From the NCBI GenBank assembly GCA_963748625.1, contig CAVVJT010000006.1:32001-96000 (forward strand): a DNA stretch of 64,000 nucleotides. Direction: 5' to 3'. Positions 34,851 through 44,718 of the stretch are shown piece after piece; position 1 is the stretch's first letter; every line of letters begins with the position of its first letter. The translations under genes and the position numbers were made by a program. The stretch is from an uncultured Chloroflexia bacterium (GTDB lineage: Bacteria > Chloroflexota > Limnocylindria > Limnocylindrales > CSP1-4). The notes beneath the pieces are model-generated. The model did not search any database, was not told the origin of the DNA, and saw nothing but the letters and a program-made list of their open reading frames with translations.

Positions 34851-36029
34851 GTGCCCTCGTGGGTCGTGTACGGCTTCCAGTTCGTGGCCATCGGGGCGTG
34901 GACGGCGTACGCGGTCGTCTACTTCGAGGCGATGGGCATCGACATCGCCCTCATCGGCGTGCTGGCCGCGGTTCCAGCGGTCGTCGCCATCCTCGCCTCT
35001 CCGGCGTGGGGCCTCGTCGCTGACAGGCTGGGCGACATGCGTCTCCCGTACCTGGTGGCGGCGATCTGGGCGGCGCTGGCCGCCGTGGGTCTCGCGATGG
35101 CGCCCGGGATGCCCGGGCTGGCGGTGGCGGTCCTGATGCTGTCCGTGGGCGCCGCGGGCCTGACGCCGCTCATCGACGCCCGCACCATCCAGCGCCTGTG
35201 GCCGCAGCGGGAGCGCTTCGGCCAGGCCCGCGTGGCGGGATCGATCGCGTTCATGGCCGGGACGATCGGGACCGGCATCCTGGTCGCCGCGAGTGACCTG
35301 CGGACGATGTTCGTGGTCTACGCGGTGGCGATGACCGGCGCCGGGATCGCCGCCGTGGCGCTGCTCGGCCGGCCGCGCGGGGCTCGGAAGGTGGGCAGCG
35401 TGGGACCGAGGGCCGCGACGGGTCTCCTGCGCCTGCCCGGCCTCGCCCTCTTCTTCGCCGGGTCATGCGTCATGTGGACGTCCGCGGTGGGGTCCATGAC
35501 GCTGTTCTCGCTGCGCATCATCGAGTTGGGCGGGGACACGCAACTCGTGGGCATCGGCTGGGCGACGTCGGCGCTATTCGAGGTGCCGATGATGATCCTG
35601 TTCGCGCGGTTCGCGACGCGGATCGGGGTGGAGCGGCTGATCGTGATCGGCGCGCTGCTGTTCGTCGTCCGGGCCGGGTTCTGGACGGTGGCGGACAGCC
35701 CGCTGACGTTCATCGCCTTCACGTCGCTGGGCGGCAGCGGGTATGCGCTGGCGATGGTGGGGACCACGAGCTATGTGGCGGCGCGCGTGCCCGGGCGACT
35801 GCAGGCAACGGCCCAGGCGCTGTTCGGGAGCGCCGCGTTCTCCATCGGGACGATCGCCGGCGCGATCATGGCCGGACAGGTTGCCGCGATCGGCGGTCTC
35901 TGGGCCGTGTACCCGGTCGGCGGCGTGATCGCCGCGGTTGGCGCGGTGATGGTCTGGGCGGCGATCGGGCGGCGGCCGACGGGCGGGCCGGTCCCGGTTC
36001 CAGGGCCCGGGGCTGCGTCTCCAGCCTGA
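34851..36029 (+). CDS. MFS transporter (MFS_1-like)
   Basis: WGLVADRLG, FGQARVAGSIAF, ATAQAL; hydrophobic profile; start approximate. Confidence 0.85.
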   Translation: MPSWVVYGFQFVAIGAWTAYAVVYFEAMGIDIALIGVLAAVPAVVAILASPAWGLVADRLGDMRLPYLVAAIWAALAAVGLAMAPGMPGLAVAVLMLSVGAAGLTPLIDARTIQRLWPQRERFGQARVAGSIAFMAGTIGTGILVAASDLRTMFVVYAVAMTGAGIAAVALLGRPRGARKVGSVGPRAATGLLRLPGLALFFAGSCVMWTSAVGSMTLFSLRIIELGGDTQLVGIGWATSALFEVPMMILFARFATRIGVERLIVIGALLFVVRAGFWTVADSPLTFIAFTSLGGSGYALAMVGTTSYVAARVPGRLQATAQALFGSAAFSIGTIAGAIMAGQVAAIGGLWAVYPVGGVIAAVGAVMVWAAIGRRPTGGPVPVPGPGAASPA

Positions 36030-36328
36030 GAGGCGCCTCCCGCCAACTGGTGCGCCGGCCCGGTCCCGTCCGCGCGCGCCGGATGCCCCGGGCCGCCCGG
36101 CGGCCCATTCGTCGTCCGCGGCCGATCGTTCGTCCGCTGCAGGGGACGATTGGCCAAACTCCAACTCCCTGGCAGCCGGTATGTCCGGCGGAAGCCACCG
36201 AACGTAGAACCCGACCGACGAATGGGCCGCTCGCCGGCCACCCAGCGGCGGCGGGCCGCGCGACGTCGCGTGCGCCAATCCCACCGTGTGATCAGCCGGC
36301 CGCGTCACCTGCCCGCTTGCCGCCCTCG

Positions 36329-37162
36329 CTAGGGCGCCCGCTCGTTGTCGATCAGGCGAACATCATCGATCCGAACGGCCAGCGAGAGCAGGGCCCGCCC
36401 CGCGACCACCTCAAGCTCGGCCAGGGTGTCCGGGTCGGCCACGGACACGTAGTCTGGCGTGGCAGCCGGCTCCGTCGCGAGGATCGCCAGCATCGCGTCG
36501 CGCACGGCGGTGCCGGTCTCCTCGCCGTCCCGAACCCGTGCCGCGCCCGCGAGGAGCGCGCGCCGGAGCACGGGAGCTGCCTTGCGGCCCTCGGGCGTGA
36601 GCCGTGCGTTGCGTGACGACATCGCCAGGCCGTCGGGCTCCCGCACCGTCTCGCAGGGCACGACCTCCGTCGGCAGCGCGAGATCGAGCGCCATGCGCCG
36701 GATCACCGCGACCTGCTGGTAGTCCTTGAGCCCGAAGTAGGCACGCTCGGCGCCCACGAGCGCGAACAGGATCGCGACCACCGTGGCAACCCCGTCGAAA
36801 TGTCCGGGCCGCGCCGCGCCCTCGAGCGGTCCCGCGATGGCGCCCACGGCGACCCGCGTGTCGAAGCCAGGTGGGTAGACCTCGTTCACGGACGGTGCGA
36901 ACACGACATCCACGCCCGCGGCCTCGCACATCGCCAGGTCGCGCGCCTCGTTGCGGGGATAGCGCGCGAAGTCCGCGGACTGTCCGAACTGGCGCGGGTT
37001 GACGAAGATCGAGACAACGACGGTGGCGCTCTCGGCGCGAGCCCGGTCAACGAGCGAGACATGCCCCGCGTGCAGCCAGCCCATGGTGGGCACGAGCCCG
37101 ATCGGCCTCGTCGCCGCGACCAGCACGGCACGGAGATCCGCGCGGGTGCGGACGACCTCCAT
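36329..37162 (-). CDS. panC: Pantoate--beta-alanine ligase
   Basis: VPTMGWLHAGH, SIFVNPRQF, RPGHFDGV, FGLKDYQQ, GLAMSSRN, RLIDN. Confidence 0.95.
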   Translation of the reverse strand: MEVVRTRADLRAVLVAATRPIGLVPTMGWLHAGHVSLVDRARAESATVVVSIFVNPRQFGQSADFARYPRNEARDLAMCEAAGVDVVFAPSVNEVYPPGFDTRVAVGAIAGPLEGAARPGHFDGVATVVAILFALVGAERAYFGLKDYQQVAVIRRMALDLALPTEVVPCETVREPDGLAMSSRNARLTPEGRKAAPVLRRALLAGAARVRDGEETGTAVRDAMLAILATEPAATPDYVSVADPDTLAELEVVAGRALLSLAVRIDDVRLIDNERAP

Positions 37163-37202
37163 GCGCGTCGGGCCGGTTCGCGGGCGGGTGGGGGAGCCGC
37201 GC

Positions 37203-38123
37203 CTAGAGGTCGCGGTCGAGCGGGATGCCGGCGAGGTTCTCAATCCCCGCCGCTCCGGCTCGGTCCTGGTCGGTGCGGCCCAGGACATCGTCCAGCACGG
37301 CCGGGTCCATCAGCACGGTCTCCGCCGAGCCGGGGAAGTCGCCGGCCTCCACATCCTTCCGGTACCCGCGGATCGCTTCGAGGATCGTGCCCCGCAGGTC
37401 CGCGTACTTGCGGGCGTGCTTCGGGGTCCAGTCGCCCCAGCCGAGCGTGTCGGTGATGACCTGGATCTGGCCACTGCATCCCGCGCCCGCCCCGATCCCG
37501 ATCGTCGGGATGTGGAGGCGCTCGGTGATGGCCTCGGCGAGCTGGCCCGGGACGAGCTCGAGGACGATGGAGAAGGCGCCGGCCTCCTGGACCGCGAGGG
37601 CGTCCGCGAGGAGCGCGCGCGCCTGCTCCTTGTTCTTGCCCTGGACGCGGACCCGGCCGATCGCGTTGATCGCCTGCGGCGTGAGCCCGATGTGGCCCAT
37701 GACCGGGATCCCGGCGCGAACCAGGGCCTCGATGGTCCGGGCGCTCCGGACGCCGCCCTCGACCTTCACCGCCTGGGCGCCACCCTCGCGGAGGAAGCGG
37801 CCGGCATTCGCCACCGCGTCCTCGGCCGTGGCGTAGGAGAGGAACGGCATGTCGCCGACGATCAGCGCCCGCTTGCTGCCCCGCACGACGGCCTTGGTGT
37901 GGTGGAGCATCTCGTCCATGGAGACCCGCACGGTCGTGTCGTAGCCCAGCATCACCTGGGCGAGCGAGTCGCCCACGAGGATGAGCGGGATGCCGGCCTC
38001 GTCCACCAGCGCGGCGGTCGGGTAGTCGTACGCGGTGATCGTCGCGATGCGGACACCGTCCGCGTAGAGCTTCGCGATGTCGACCACCGACAGGCGGCGG
38101 ACGATCTCGGACTGGGCGCTCAT
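37203..38123 (-). CDS. panB: 3-methyl-2-oxobutanoate hydroxymethyltransferase
   Basis: TAYD, LVGDS, DMPFLSY, VKVEGG, GHIGLTPQ, IGIGAG. Confidence 0.95.
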   Translation of the reverse strand: MSAQSEIVRRLSVVDIAKLYADGVRIATITAYDYPTAALVDEAGIPLILVGDSLAQVMLGYDTTVRVSMDEMLHHTKAVVRGSKRALIVGDMPFLSYATAEDAVANAGRFLREGGAQAVKVEGGVRSARTIEALVRAGIPVMGHIGLTPQAINAIGRVRVQGKNKEQARALLADALAVQEAGAFSIVLELVPGQLAEAITERLHIPTIGIGAGAGCSGQIQVITDTLGWGDWTPKHARKYADLRGTILEAIRGYRKDVEAGDFPGSAETVLMDPAVLDDVLGRTDQDRAGAAGIENLAGIPLDRDL

Positions 38124-38139
38124 CGGGTGGTCTCCATGG

Positions 38140-39441
38140 TCAGGCAGTGTGCGCCCGGGCATCACGTTCGTCCAACGCCGCGACCACTCGGTCGAGCAGC
38201 CGGTCGGCGACCTGGCGCTTGGTGAGCAGCGGCAGGTCGTCCCGGGACCCGTCCGCCGCCAGGATCACGACCCGGTTGGTGTCGGTGCCGAACCCGGAGC
38301 CGGGCTCCGCGACGTCGTTGGCCACGAGGAGGTCCGCGCCCTTGCGGCGGAGCTTGTCCGGTGCCCGGTCCAGGGACCCGGTCTCGGCGGCGAACCCGAC
38401 GATGACGGGACGCGGGTCCAGCTCCCGGGCACGGGCCCCCACCTCGGCGAGGATGTCCTCCGTGGGCTCCAGCTCCAGGGTCAGGCCCCCGCCACGGGTG
38501 AGCTTCGTGTCCGCAGCGCGCCGCGGGCGGAAGTCGGCGACGGCGGCGGCCATCACCAGCACGTCGGCGGGGTGGTCGATCACGGCGTCGAGGACGGCGG
38601 TCCGCATCTCGGCCGTGGACTCGGCGCGGACGATGGCGGCACCGGCGGGCAGCGGGACCTCCAAGCGCCCGACCACGATCGTCACGCGTGCTCCGCGGGC
38701 GAGGGCGGCATCGGCGATCGCAACGCCCATCCTGCCGGTGCTGCGGTTGCCGATGAACCGGACGGGGTCGATGGCCTCGGCGGTCCCGCCGGCGCTGACG
38801 ACGACGTGGCGGCCCTCGAGGTCCGGCTCGACCCAGGGCGCGGTGGCCGGCGGGCGCTCCGAGGCGTCGGGCTGGCGCACGGGCCTGCCCTCGACGGCCG
38901 CGACCAGCGCGTCCACGATCAGCGACAGGTCCGCGAGCCGCCCGATGCCGGACTGGCCCGACGCGAGCGACCCGATCTCGGGCGGCACGATCCGGTAGCC
39001 GAAGTCCCGCTCCAGGCGCGCGACGTTGTCCTGCGTCGCCCGGTGCGTCCACATGTCGCCGTCCATGGCCGGCGCGACCACGACCGGGGCGGTCGTCGCC
39101 AGGCAGGCCGCCGTCACCGTGTCGTTCGCGATCCCGTTTGCCATCGAGCCCAGCCAGCGGGCCGTGGCGGGCGCGATCACCAGCGCATCGGCGGCGTCGG
39201 CGACCACGATGTGCCCGATCCGCTGGTCCGGAAGGAGCCCCAGGACGTCCGTCTCCACGGCGTGCCGCGAGAGCGCCGCGAACGTGAGCGGTCCGACGAA
39301 CTGGGTCGCGGCCGGCGTGAGCATCACGACGACGTCGGCACCTTCCGTGCGCAGCAGCCGCACCAGCTCCACGGACTTGTAGGCCGCGATCGACCCGCAG
39401 ACGCCAAGGCCGATCAGCCGGCCCTCGAGCCGACCGCTCAC
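38140..39441 (-). CDS. coaBC: Bifunctional phosphopantothenoylcysteine decarboxylase/synthetase
   Basis: GSIAAYK, APAM, AGGTAEAIDPVRFIGNRSTGRMG, AAVADF, GFAAET, VANDV. Confidence 0.95.
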   Translation of the reverse strand: MSGRLEGRLIGLGVCGSIAAYKSVELVRLLRTEGADVVVMLTPAATQFVGPLTFAALSRHAVETDVLGLLPDQRIGHIVVADAADALVIAPATARWLGSMANGIANDTVTAACLATTAPVVVAPAMDGDMWTHRATQDNVARLERDFGYRIVPPEIGSLASGQSGIGRLADLSLIVDALVAAVEGRPVRQPDASERPPATAPWVEPDLEGRHVVVSAGGTAEAIDPVRFIGNRSTGRMGVAIADAALARGARVTIVVGRLEVPLPAGAAIVRAESTAEMRTAVLDAVIDHPADVLVMAAAVADFRPRRAADTKLTRGGGLTLELEPTEDILAEVGARARELDPRPVIVGFAAETGSLDRAPDKLRRKGADLLVANDVAEPGSGFGTDTNRVVILAADGSRDDLPLLTKRQVADRLLDRVVAALDERDARAHTA

Positions 39442-40247
39442 AGGGTGCCGACCAGCGGCTCGCCACCGGCGACCTCGGCGTAGAGGATCGCGAGGCCCTT
39501 GAGGGTGAGGTCGGGGTCGATGATCTCCACCCCCTCCACGTCGCCGGCCCACGGTTCGATCGAGAGGCCGCCCGTCAGGATTCCGCGAACCCCCTCGAGG
39601 CTCGTGCCGGTCTGCTCGGCGAGCTCGCGGCGGATCCGCGCCAGGAGCCCGGTCACGGCCGCCTGGTAGCCGAAGACCGTGCCGCTCTGCATCGCGCTCA
39701 CGGTGTCGCGACCGATCGCGCGGTCGGGCGTGCGCAGCTCGATCCGCGGCAGCCGGGCGGTATTGGCGGCCAGGGCCTCGAGGCCCAGCTTCATGCCCGG
39801 GGCGATCGCCCCGCCCAGGAACGCGCCATCCACGCCGACGCAGTCGTAGGTCGTGGCCGTGCCCATGTCCACGACGACCGCGGGTGCGCCGTAGAGCCGC
39901 TGGGCGGCCAGCGCGTTGACGATCCGGTCCGGGCCCACCTCGCCGGGGCGGTCCACGCGGATGGCGATGGGGATCGTGCCGGGGGCGGCCACGAGGATCG
40001 GGATGCCGCGCCGGTTGGCGACGGCCTCCACCAGCGCGGTCTGCGACGGCACCACGGAGACGAGCACCGCCCCGCTCGCGCCGTCGAGGCTCCGGCCGTC
40101 GAGCGCGAGGAGGCCGTCCAGCAGCAGCTCGAGCTCATCCGCCGTGGTGGCGCGGTGCGTCCCGGCCCGGCGGGTTCCGACGATCGAGCCACCCTCCACG
40201 AGACCAAGCGTGATGTTCGTGTTGCCGATGTCGATGGCGAGCAGCAT
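39438..40247 (-). CDS. coaX: Type III pantothenate kinase
   Basis: LAIDIGNTNI, SVVP, GPDR, VDMGTATT, GGAIAPG, LTGG. Confidence 0.95.
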   Translation of the reverse strand: MLLAIDIGNTNITLGLVEGGSIVGTRRAGTHRATTADELELLLDGLLALDGRSLDGASGAVLVSVVPSQTALVEAVANRRGIPILVAAPGTIPIAIRVDRPGEVGPDRIVNALAAQRLYGAPAVVVDMGTATTYDCVGVDGAFLGGAIAPGMKLGLEALAANTARLPRIELRTPDRAIGRDTVSAMQSGTVFGYQAAVTGLLARIRRELAEQTGTSLEGVRGILTGGLSIEPWAGDVEGVEIIDPDLTLKGLAILYAEVAGGEPLVGTL

Positions 40248-40476
40248 GCGACGATCATACGTGCGAGCTGCGCGCGGCGACCACGCTGTGCCGTACCGAG
40301 GTTCGCCTTGCCGGAGCGAAGACCGGTTGGACATGGCCCGGAGTCGCGGGACGCTGCGAACCACACCGTCCCGCAACCGGTCCGGTCCGTTAGCATTTGG
40401 GCCTGGTCGCAACGTCCCGGGATGGCGGAGCGGCGAGCCGCTGCCAGCCCCCCACAGCACGCACTGGGAGCCCATC

Positions 40477-40908
40477 GTGGCGAGCGAACCGCCCGCGAAG
40501 TTCTTCGTCAACCAGGGTGTCGTGACCAGCCGGACCGACGTCCAGCACGTCCTGCGCCCGATCCTCAAGCAGACCGTCACCTACCGGTTCTACCGGGGAC
40601 GGGATCTCGTCGCGCACGGGACCGGGTGGGTGGAGCGCATCGTTGCCGACGAGCCCGAGATGTCGACGTACTTCACGCCGATCTCGATCTCGGTCAACGT
40701 GGACTCCTTCGAGCACCTGGAGTTCGAGACCCGCCCCGACCAGCTCCTCGTGTACACCCTGGTCCAGGGCGACGAGCGGGTCGTCATCGAGTTCACGCCC
40801 GGTGCGGGTGGCGACGGAGAGGGACCCTCGGCGCCACGCCAGCTCGAGTTCGACATGGATGGCTTCGTGCAGATGGAGCTCACCGGCCTCGAGGGACCCG
40901 AGGAGTAG
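40477..40908 (+). CDS. Hypothetical protein
   Basis: GGGAG RBS + GTG, strong codon bias, acidic tail; no family recognised. Confidence 0.75.
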   Translation: MASEPPAKFFVNQGVVTSRTDVQHVLRPILKQTVTYRFYRGRDLVAHGTGWVERIVADEPEMSTYFTPISISVNVDSFEHLEFETRPDQLLVYTLVQGDERVVIEFTPGAGGDGEGPSAPRQLEFDMDGFVQMELTGLEGPEE

Positions 40909-40962
40909 CGGGGGGACCGGAGAACCAGCGAGGGAGCCGTCCGCTCCGCCCACGACGCCGGG

Positions 40963-41931
40963 CTACCGACCTCGCTCGCCCCGAACGTACGGGATGCCGA
41001 GGGCGGCCGGCGCCCCGATCCGCTTGCGCATCGCCTCGCGCGACCCGACGACGAGCGCAATGAGCACGAGCGCGTAGGGGAGCATGTCGAGGAAGAACGT
41101 GTTCGGGTGGTACTGGTAGAACGGGTTCGCCAGGCCGAGGATCGTGGGCGGCAGCTGCATCGACAGCGTGAGCTGGACGACCGCGCCGAACAGGTAGGCG
41201 CCCGCCGCGGCCCGGAACGGCGACCACTGGGCGAAGATGACGAGCCCGACGGCGATCCAGCCGCGCCCGTTCACGGTGAGCGAGCCGAACCAGCCCGGTT
41301 GGACGGCGAGCGTGATCGTCGCTCCGGCCAGGCCGGCCAGCATCCCGCCCGCGAACACGTACCGGTACCTGGTCGCGAACACGTTCACGCCCAGCGCGTC
41401 GGCGGCCGCCGGTTCCTCGCCCACCGACCGCAGGTGGAGGCCCGGTCGCGTCCGGTTGATCCAGTACCAGGTTGCGGGCACCAGCAGGTAGCCGACGTAG
41501 ACAAGGATGCTCTGCTCGGTGAACGCGATCCGACCGAGCACCGGGATCTCCGAGAGCAGCGGGATCGAGAAGCGGGGCAGGAGGGAGATCGCCCCCGCCT
41601 TGCTGAGCCCCTCCCCGAGCACGCGCGCCAGGCCGGTTCCGAGGAACGTGAGGGCCAGCCCGGAGACGACCTGGTCGGCGCGGAACGTGATCGTGATGAT
41701 CGCGTGGAGGAGGCTGAGGAGCCCGCCCGCGAGCATCGCGGCCACGACGCCCAGCCACGGGTTGCCGGACGACACGGCGGTGGCATAGCCCACGACGGCG
41801 CCAAGGAGCATCATCCCTTCGACGCCCAGGTTGATGACCCCGGATCGCTCGGCGAGGATCTCGCCCACGGCCGCGAACAGGAGGATCGTCCCAACCGCGA
41901 TCCCGGCCGCCGCGATCAGCTCGAGGTCCAC
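40963..41931 (-). CDS. Nucleoside/sugar ABC transporter permease
   Basis: ERSGVINLGVEGMML, LRSVGEEP.AA, GRGWIAV, LPY, APAALG. Confidence 0.92.
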   Translation of the reverse strand: MDLELIAAAGIAVGTILLFAAVGEILAERSGVINLGVEGMMLLGAVVGYATAVSSGNPWLGVVAAMLAGGLLSLLHAIITITFRADQVVSGLALTFLGTGLARVLGEGLSKAGAISLLPRFSIPLLSEIPVLGRIAFTEQSILVYVGYLLVPATWYWINRTRPGLHLRSVGEEPAAADALGVNVFATRYRYVFAGGMLAGLAGATITLAVQPGWFGSLTVNGRGWIAVGLVIFAQWSPFRAAAGAYLFGAVVQLTLSMQLPPTILGLANPFYQYHPNTFFLDMLPYALVLIALVVGSREAMRKRIGAPAALGIPYVRGERGR

Positions 41932-41932
41932 G

Positions 41933-43070
41933 CTATCGCTCCACGCCGGCGACTGCGCCCGCAGACGACAGGCGGCGGACGATGCTGACCCGGTAGCGCA
42001 GGAAGACCTCGCTCGCGATCAGGCAGAACAGGATGATCCCCTGGATCATCGCCGGCACACCCGAGGGCTGGATCTCGCGGCCGGCGAGGATGAGCGCCCC
42101 GAACAGGATTGCGACCGGCACGACCCGCAGTGGGTGGAACTTCGCCAGGTAGGCGACGATGATCGCCGTGAAGCCGTAGCCGGGCGAGAAGTTGTCCTGG
42201 AGGCGGTGCACGACGCCCGAGACCTCCGTCATCCCCGCGATCCCCGCCAGGCCTCCGGACACGGCGAACACGAGCAGGATGTTCCGTGAGATCCGGATCC
42301 CGGCGTACTTCGCGGCTCGAGGGCTGTCGCCGATGAGCCGGATCTCGTAGCCCCACGCGCTGCGCTCGACGATGAGCCAGACCACCACCGCCGCCACGAG
42401 CGCGACGACGAACCCGCCATGGACCGTCAGACCGCTGAACGCGGGGTATGCGTCCGCGAGGTCGTCGAGGCGGGGGAGCCATGCCTCGACGGGGAACTGC
42501 GCCGTCATCTGGAACCCCCCCTCGGTCCATGGCCCGAACACCCAGTACTGGATCCAGGCGAGGGCGATGAAGTTGAGCATCAGGGTGGCGATGATCTCGT
42601 TGACACCAAAGCGCGCCTTGAGGATCCCCGGGATCAGGCCCCACGCGGCCCCGCCGAGGAAGCCCGCGACCAGCATGACCGGCAGGACCACGAACCCCGG
42701 CGTCCCGGCCGGCAGGAGTGGAGCCAGGACCACGGCGCTGGCCGCCCAGGCACCGAGGTGCAGCTGGCCTTCCGCACCGATGTTCCAGAGCCGCATCCGG
42801 AAGGCGAGGGCACAGGCGAGGCCGGTCAGGATGAGCGGGGTGGACTTGACGAGCGTGTCCGAGATGGCGCCGACGCTGCCCAGGGACGAGCCGACGATGT
42901 GGACGTAGACCCGGATCGGGTCGGCGCCCACGATGGCCAGGATGAGCCCCGAGATGACGAGCGCGACGATCAGGGCGCCCGCCGTCAGGGCCGGCGACAG
43001 CCAGCGCGACGTCTCGAGTCGCGGCTCGAGGCTCAGCGTGTACGGCAGGCCGCCACGACAGAATCGTCAT
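41933..43070 (-). CDS. Nucleoside/sugar ABC transporter permease (apparent +1 frameshift near 43050)
   Basis: WNIGAEGQ, NEIIATLMLN, GYGFTAIIVA; ATG at 43070 overlaps the ATPase stop but is one base out of frame. Confidence 0.88.
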
Positions 43071-44683
43071 CCCGCGCCTCCGTCGGTCGCAGGCTCCGGC
43101 GCGTGGTCGCCGCTCGTGCCGCCCGTCATCAGCAGGCCGATCCGGGCGATATCGGTATCCGCGGCGTCGGTGATCCCGGCGATCCGTCCTTCGTACAGCA
43201 CGGCAACCCGGTCCGAGAGCGCGAGGATCTCGTCGAGATCCTCCGAGATGAGGAGGATCGCAGCGCCCGCGGCCCGCCGCTCGAGGAGCAGCCGGTGGGC
43301 CAGCTCGACCGCGCCCACGTCCAGCCCGCGGGTGGGCTGGACGGCGATCATCAGGCGCGGCTCGGACTCGATCTCGCGCGCCAGGATCAGGCGCTGGATG
43401 TTGCCCCCGGAGAGCAGGCGGGCCTGGGTCTCGATCGATGGAGCCACGATGTCGTAGCCGTCCTTCAGCTGGCTGGCGGCGGCCCGGGCCGCGCCCATGT
43501 CGATCGTCCAGCCGTGCCCGATTGGCGAGGCGCGGTAACGCTTCATGATCAGGTTGTCGACCAGCGACAGGTTCGGCGCGGTACCGACGCCGGTTCGGTC
43601 TTCGGGCACGTGCGCCACGCCGCGCTGGATCGCCTTGCGGACCGGCCGGTTGGCGATGTCCTCGCCACCGACCAGGACGCGACCACGGCACGGGCGCAGG
43701 CCGGTGATGACCTCGGCCAGCTCGCTCTGGCCGTTGCCCGCGACGGCTGCGATGCCGACGATCTCGCCGGCGCGGACCTCGAGCGAGACGCCGCGCAGGG
43801 CGGGCACTCCCTTGTCGCCGTCCGCCTCGACCTGCTCGAGGGCGAGCACGGTGTCGCCGGGGGGCATCGGCGTGCGCTCCAGGCTCTCGAGGATCTCGCG
43901 GCCGACCATCAGCGTGGCGAGCTGGGCCTGCGTGGCGCCCGCCGCAGGCAGCGACGCGGCCGTGACCTTCCCCCTGCGCATGACGGTGATCCGGTCCGCG
44001 ATCGAGAGGACCTCGCCGAGCTTGTGGCTGATGAACACCACGCTGCGCCCTGCCGCCGTCATCGACCGCAGCGTCCGGAACAGGTCGTCGATCTCCTGCG
44101 GCGCCAGGACCGCCGTCGGCTCGTCCATGATCAGGACCCGGGCGCCGCGATACAGCACCTTGAGGATCTCGACCCGCTGTCGCTCGCCGACGGACAGCTG
44201 CCAGACCCTCGCCCGCGGGTCGACGCTCAGGCCGTGCTCCTCCGCGAGGCGGCCGATCTCGGCGTCGTAGCGGCCGAGGTCGAGCCGGAAGCGTGGCTGG
44301 TCGAGGCCGATGATGACGTTCTCGGTGACGGTCATCGACGCGACCAGCGTGAAGTGCTGATGGACCATCCCGAGGCCGGCGGCGATCGCGTCCCGCGGGG
44401 AGCGGAACGCCATCGGCCGCCCGTCGATGAGGATCTCCCCGGCATCGGGCTGGTACAGCCCGTCGAGGATGTTCATCAGCGTGCTCTTCCCGGCGCCGTT
44501 CTCGCCGAGGAGGGCATGGACCTCGCCGGTCGCGAGGGCGAAGTCGACGCCGTCGTTGGCGACGACGCCCGGGAACCGCTTGACGATGCCGCGGAGCTCG
44601 ACGGCCGGCACCGGTCCGGCGACGGCCGTCGGTCGCTGCCCGCTCACCGGGGTGCGGTCAATGCCGGAGGGCGCCTGGTGCAC
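43067..44683 (-). CDS. Nucleoside/sugar ABC transporter ATPase (tandem NBDs)
   Basis: GENGAGKST, LSVGERQRVEI, DEPT, LSGGNIQR, QPTRGLD. Confidence 0.93.
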   Translation of the reverse strand: MHQAPSGIDRTPVSGQRPTAVAGPVPAVELRGIVKRFPGVVANDGVDFALATGEVHALLGENGAGKSTLMNILDGLYQPDAGEILIDGRPMAFRSPRDAIAAGLGMVHQHFTLVASMTVTENVIIGLDQPRFRLDLGRYDAEIGRLAEEHGLSVDPRARVWQLSVGERQRVEILKVLYRGARVLIMDEPTAVLAPQEIDDLFRTLRSMTAAGRSVVFISHKLGEVLSIADRITVMRRGKVTAASLPAAGATQAQLATLMVGREILESLERTPMPPGDTVLALEQVEADGDKGVPALRGVSLEVRAGEIVGIAAVAGNGQSELAEVITGLRPCRGRVLVGGEDIANRPVRKAIQRGVAHVPEDRTGVGTAPNLSLVDNLIMKRYRASPIGHGWTIDMGAARAAASQLKDGYDIVAPSIETQARLLSGGNIQRLILAREIESEPRLMIAVQPTRGLDVGAVELAHRLLLERRAAGAAILLISEDLDEILALSDRVAVLYEGRIAGITDAADTDIARIGLLMTGGTSGDHAPEPATDGGAG

Positions 44684-44718
44684 GCGGTCGCACCCTCCGG
44701 CATCGAGGTTCCTTGCGC

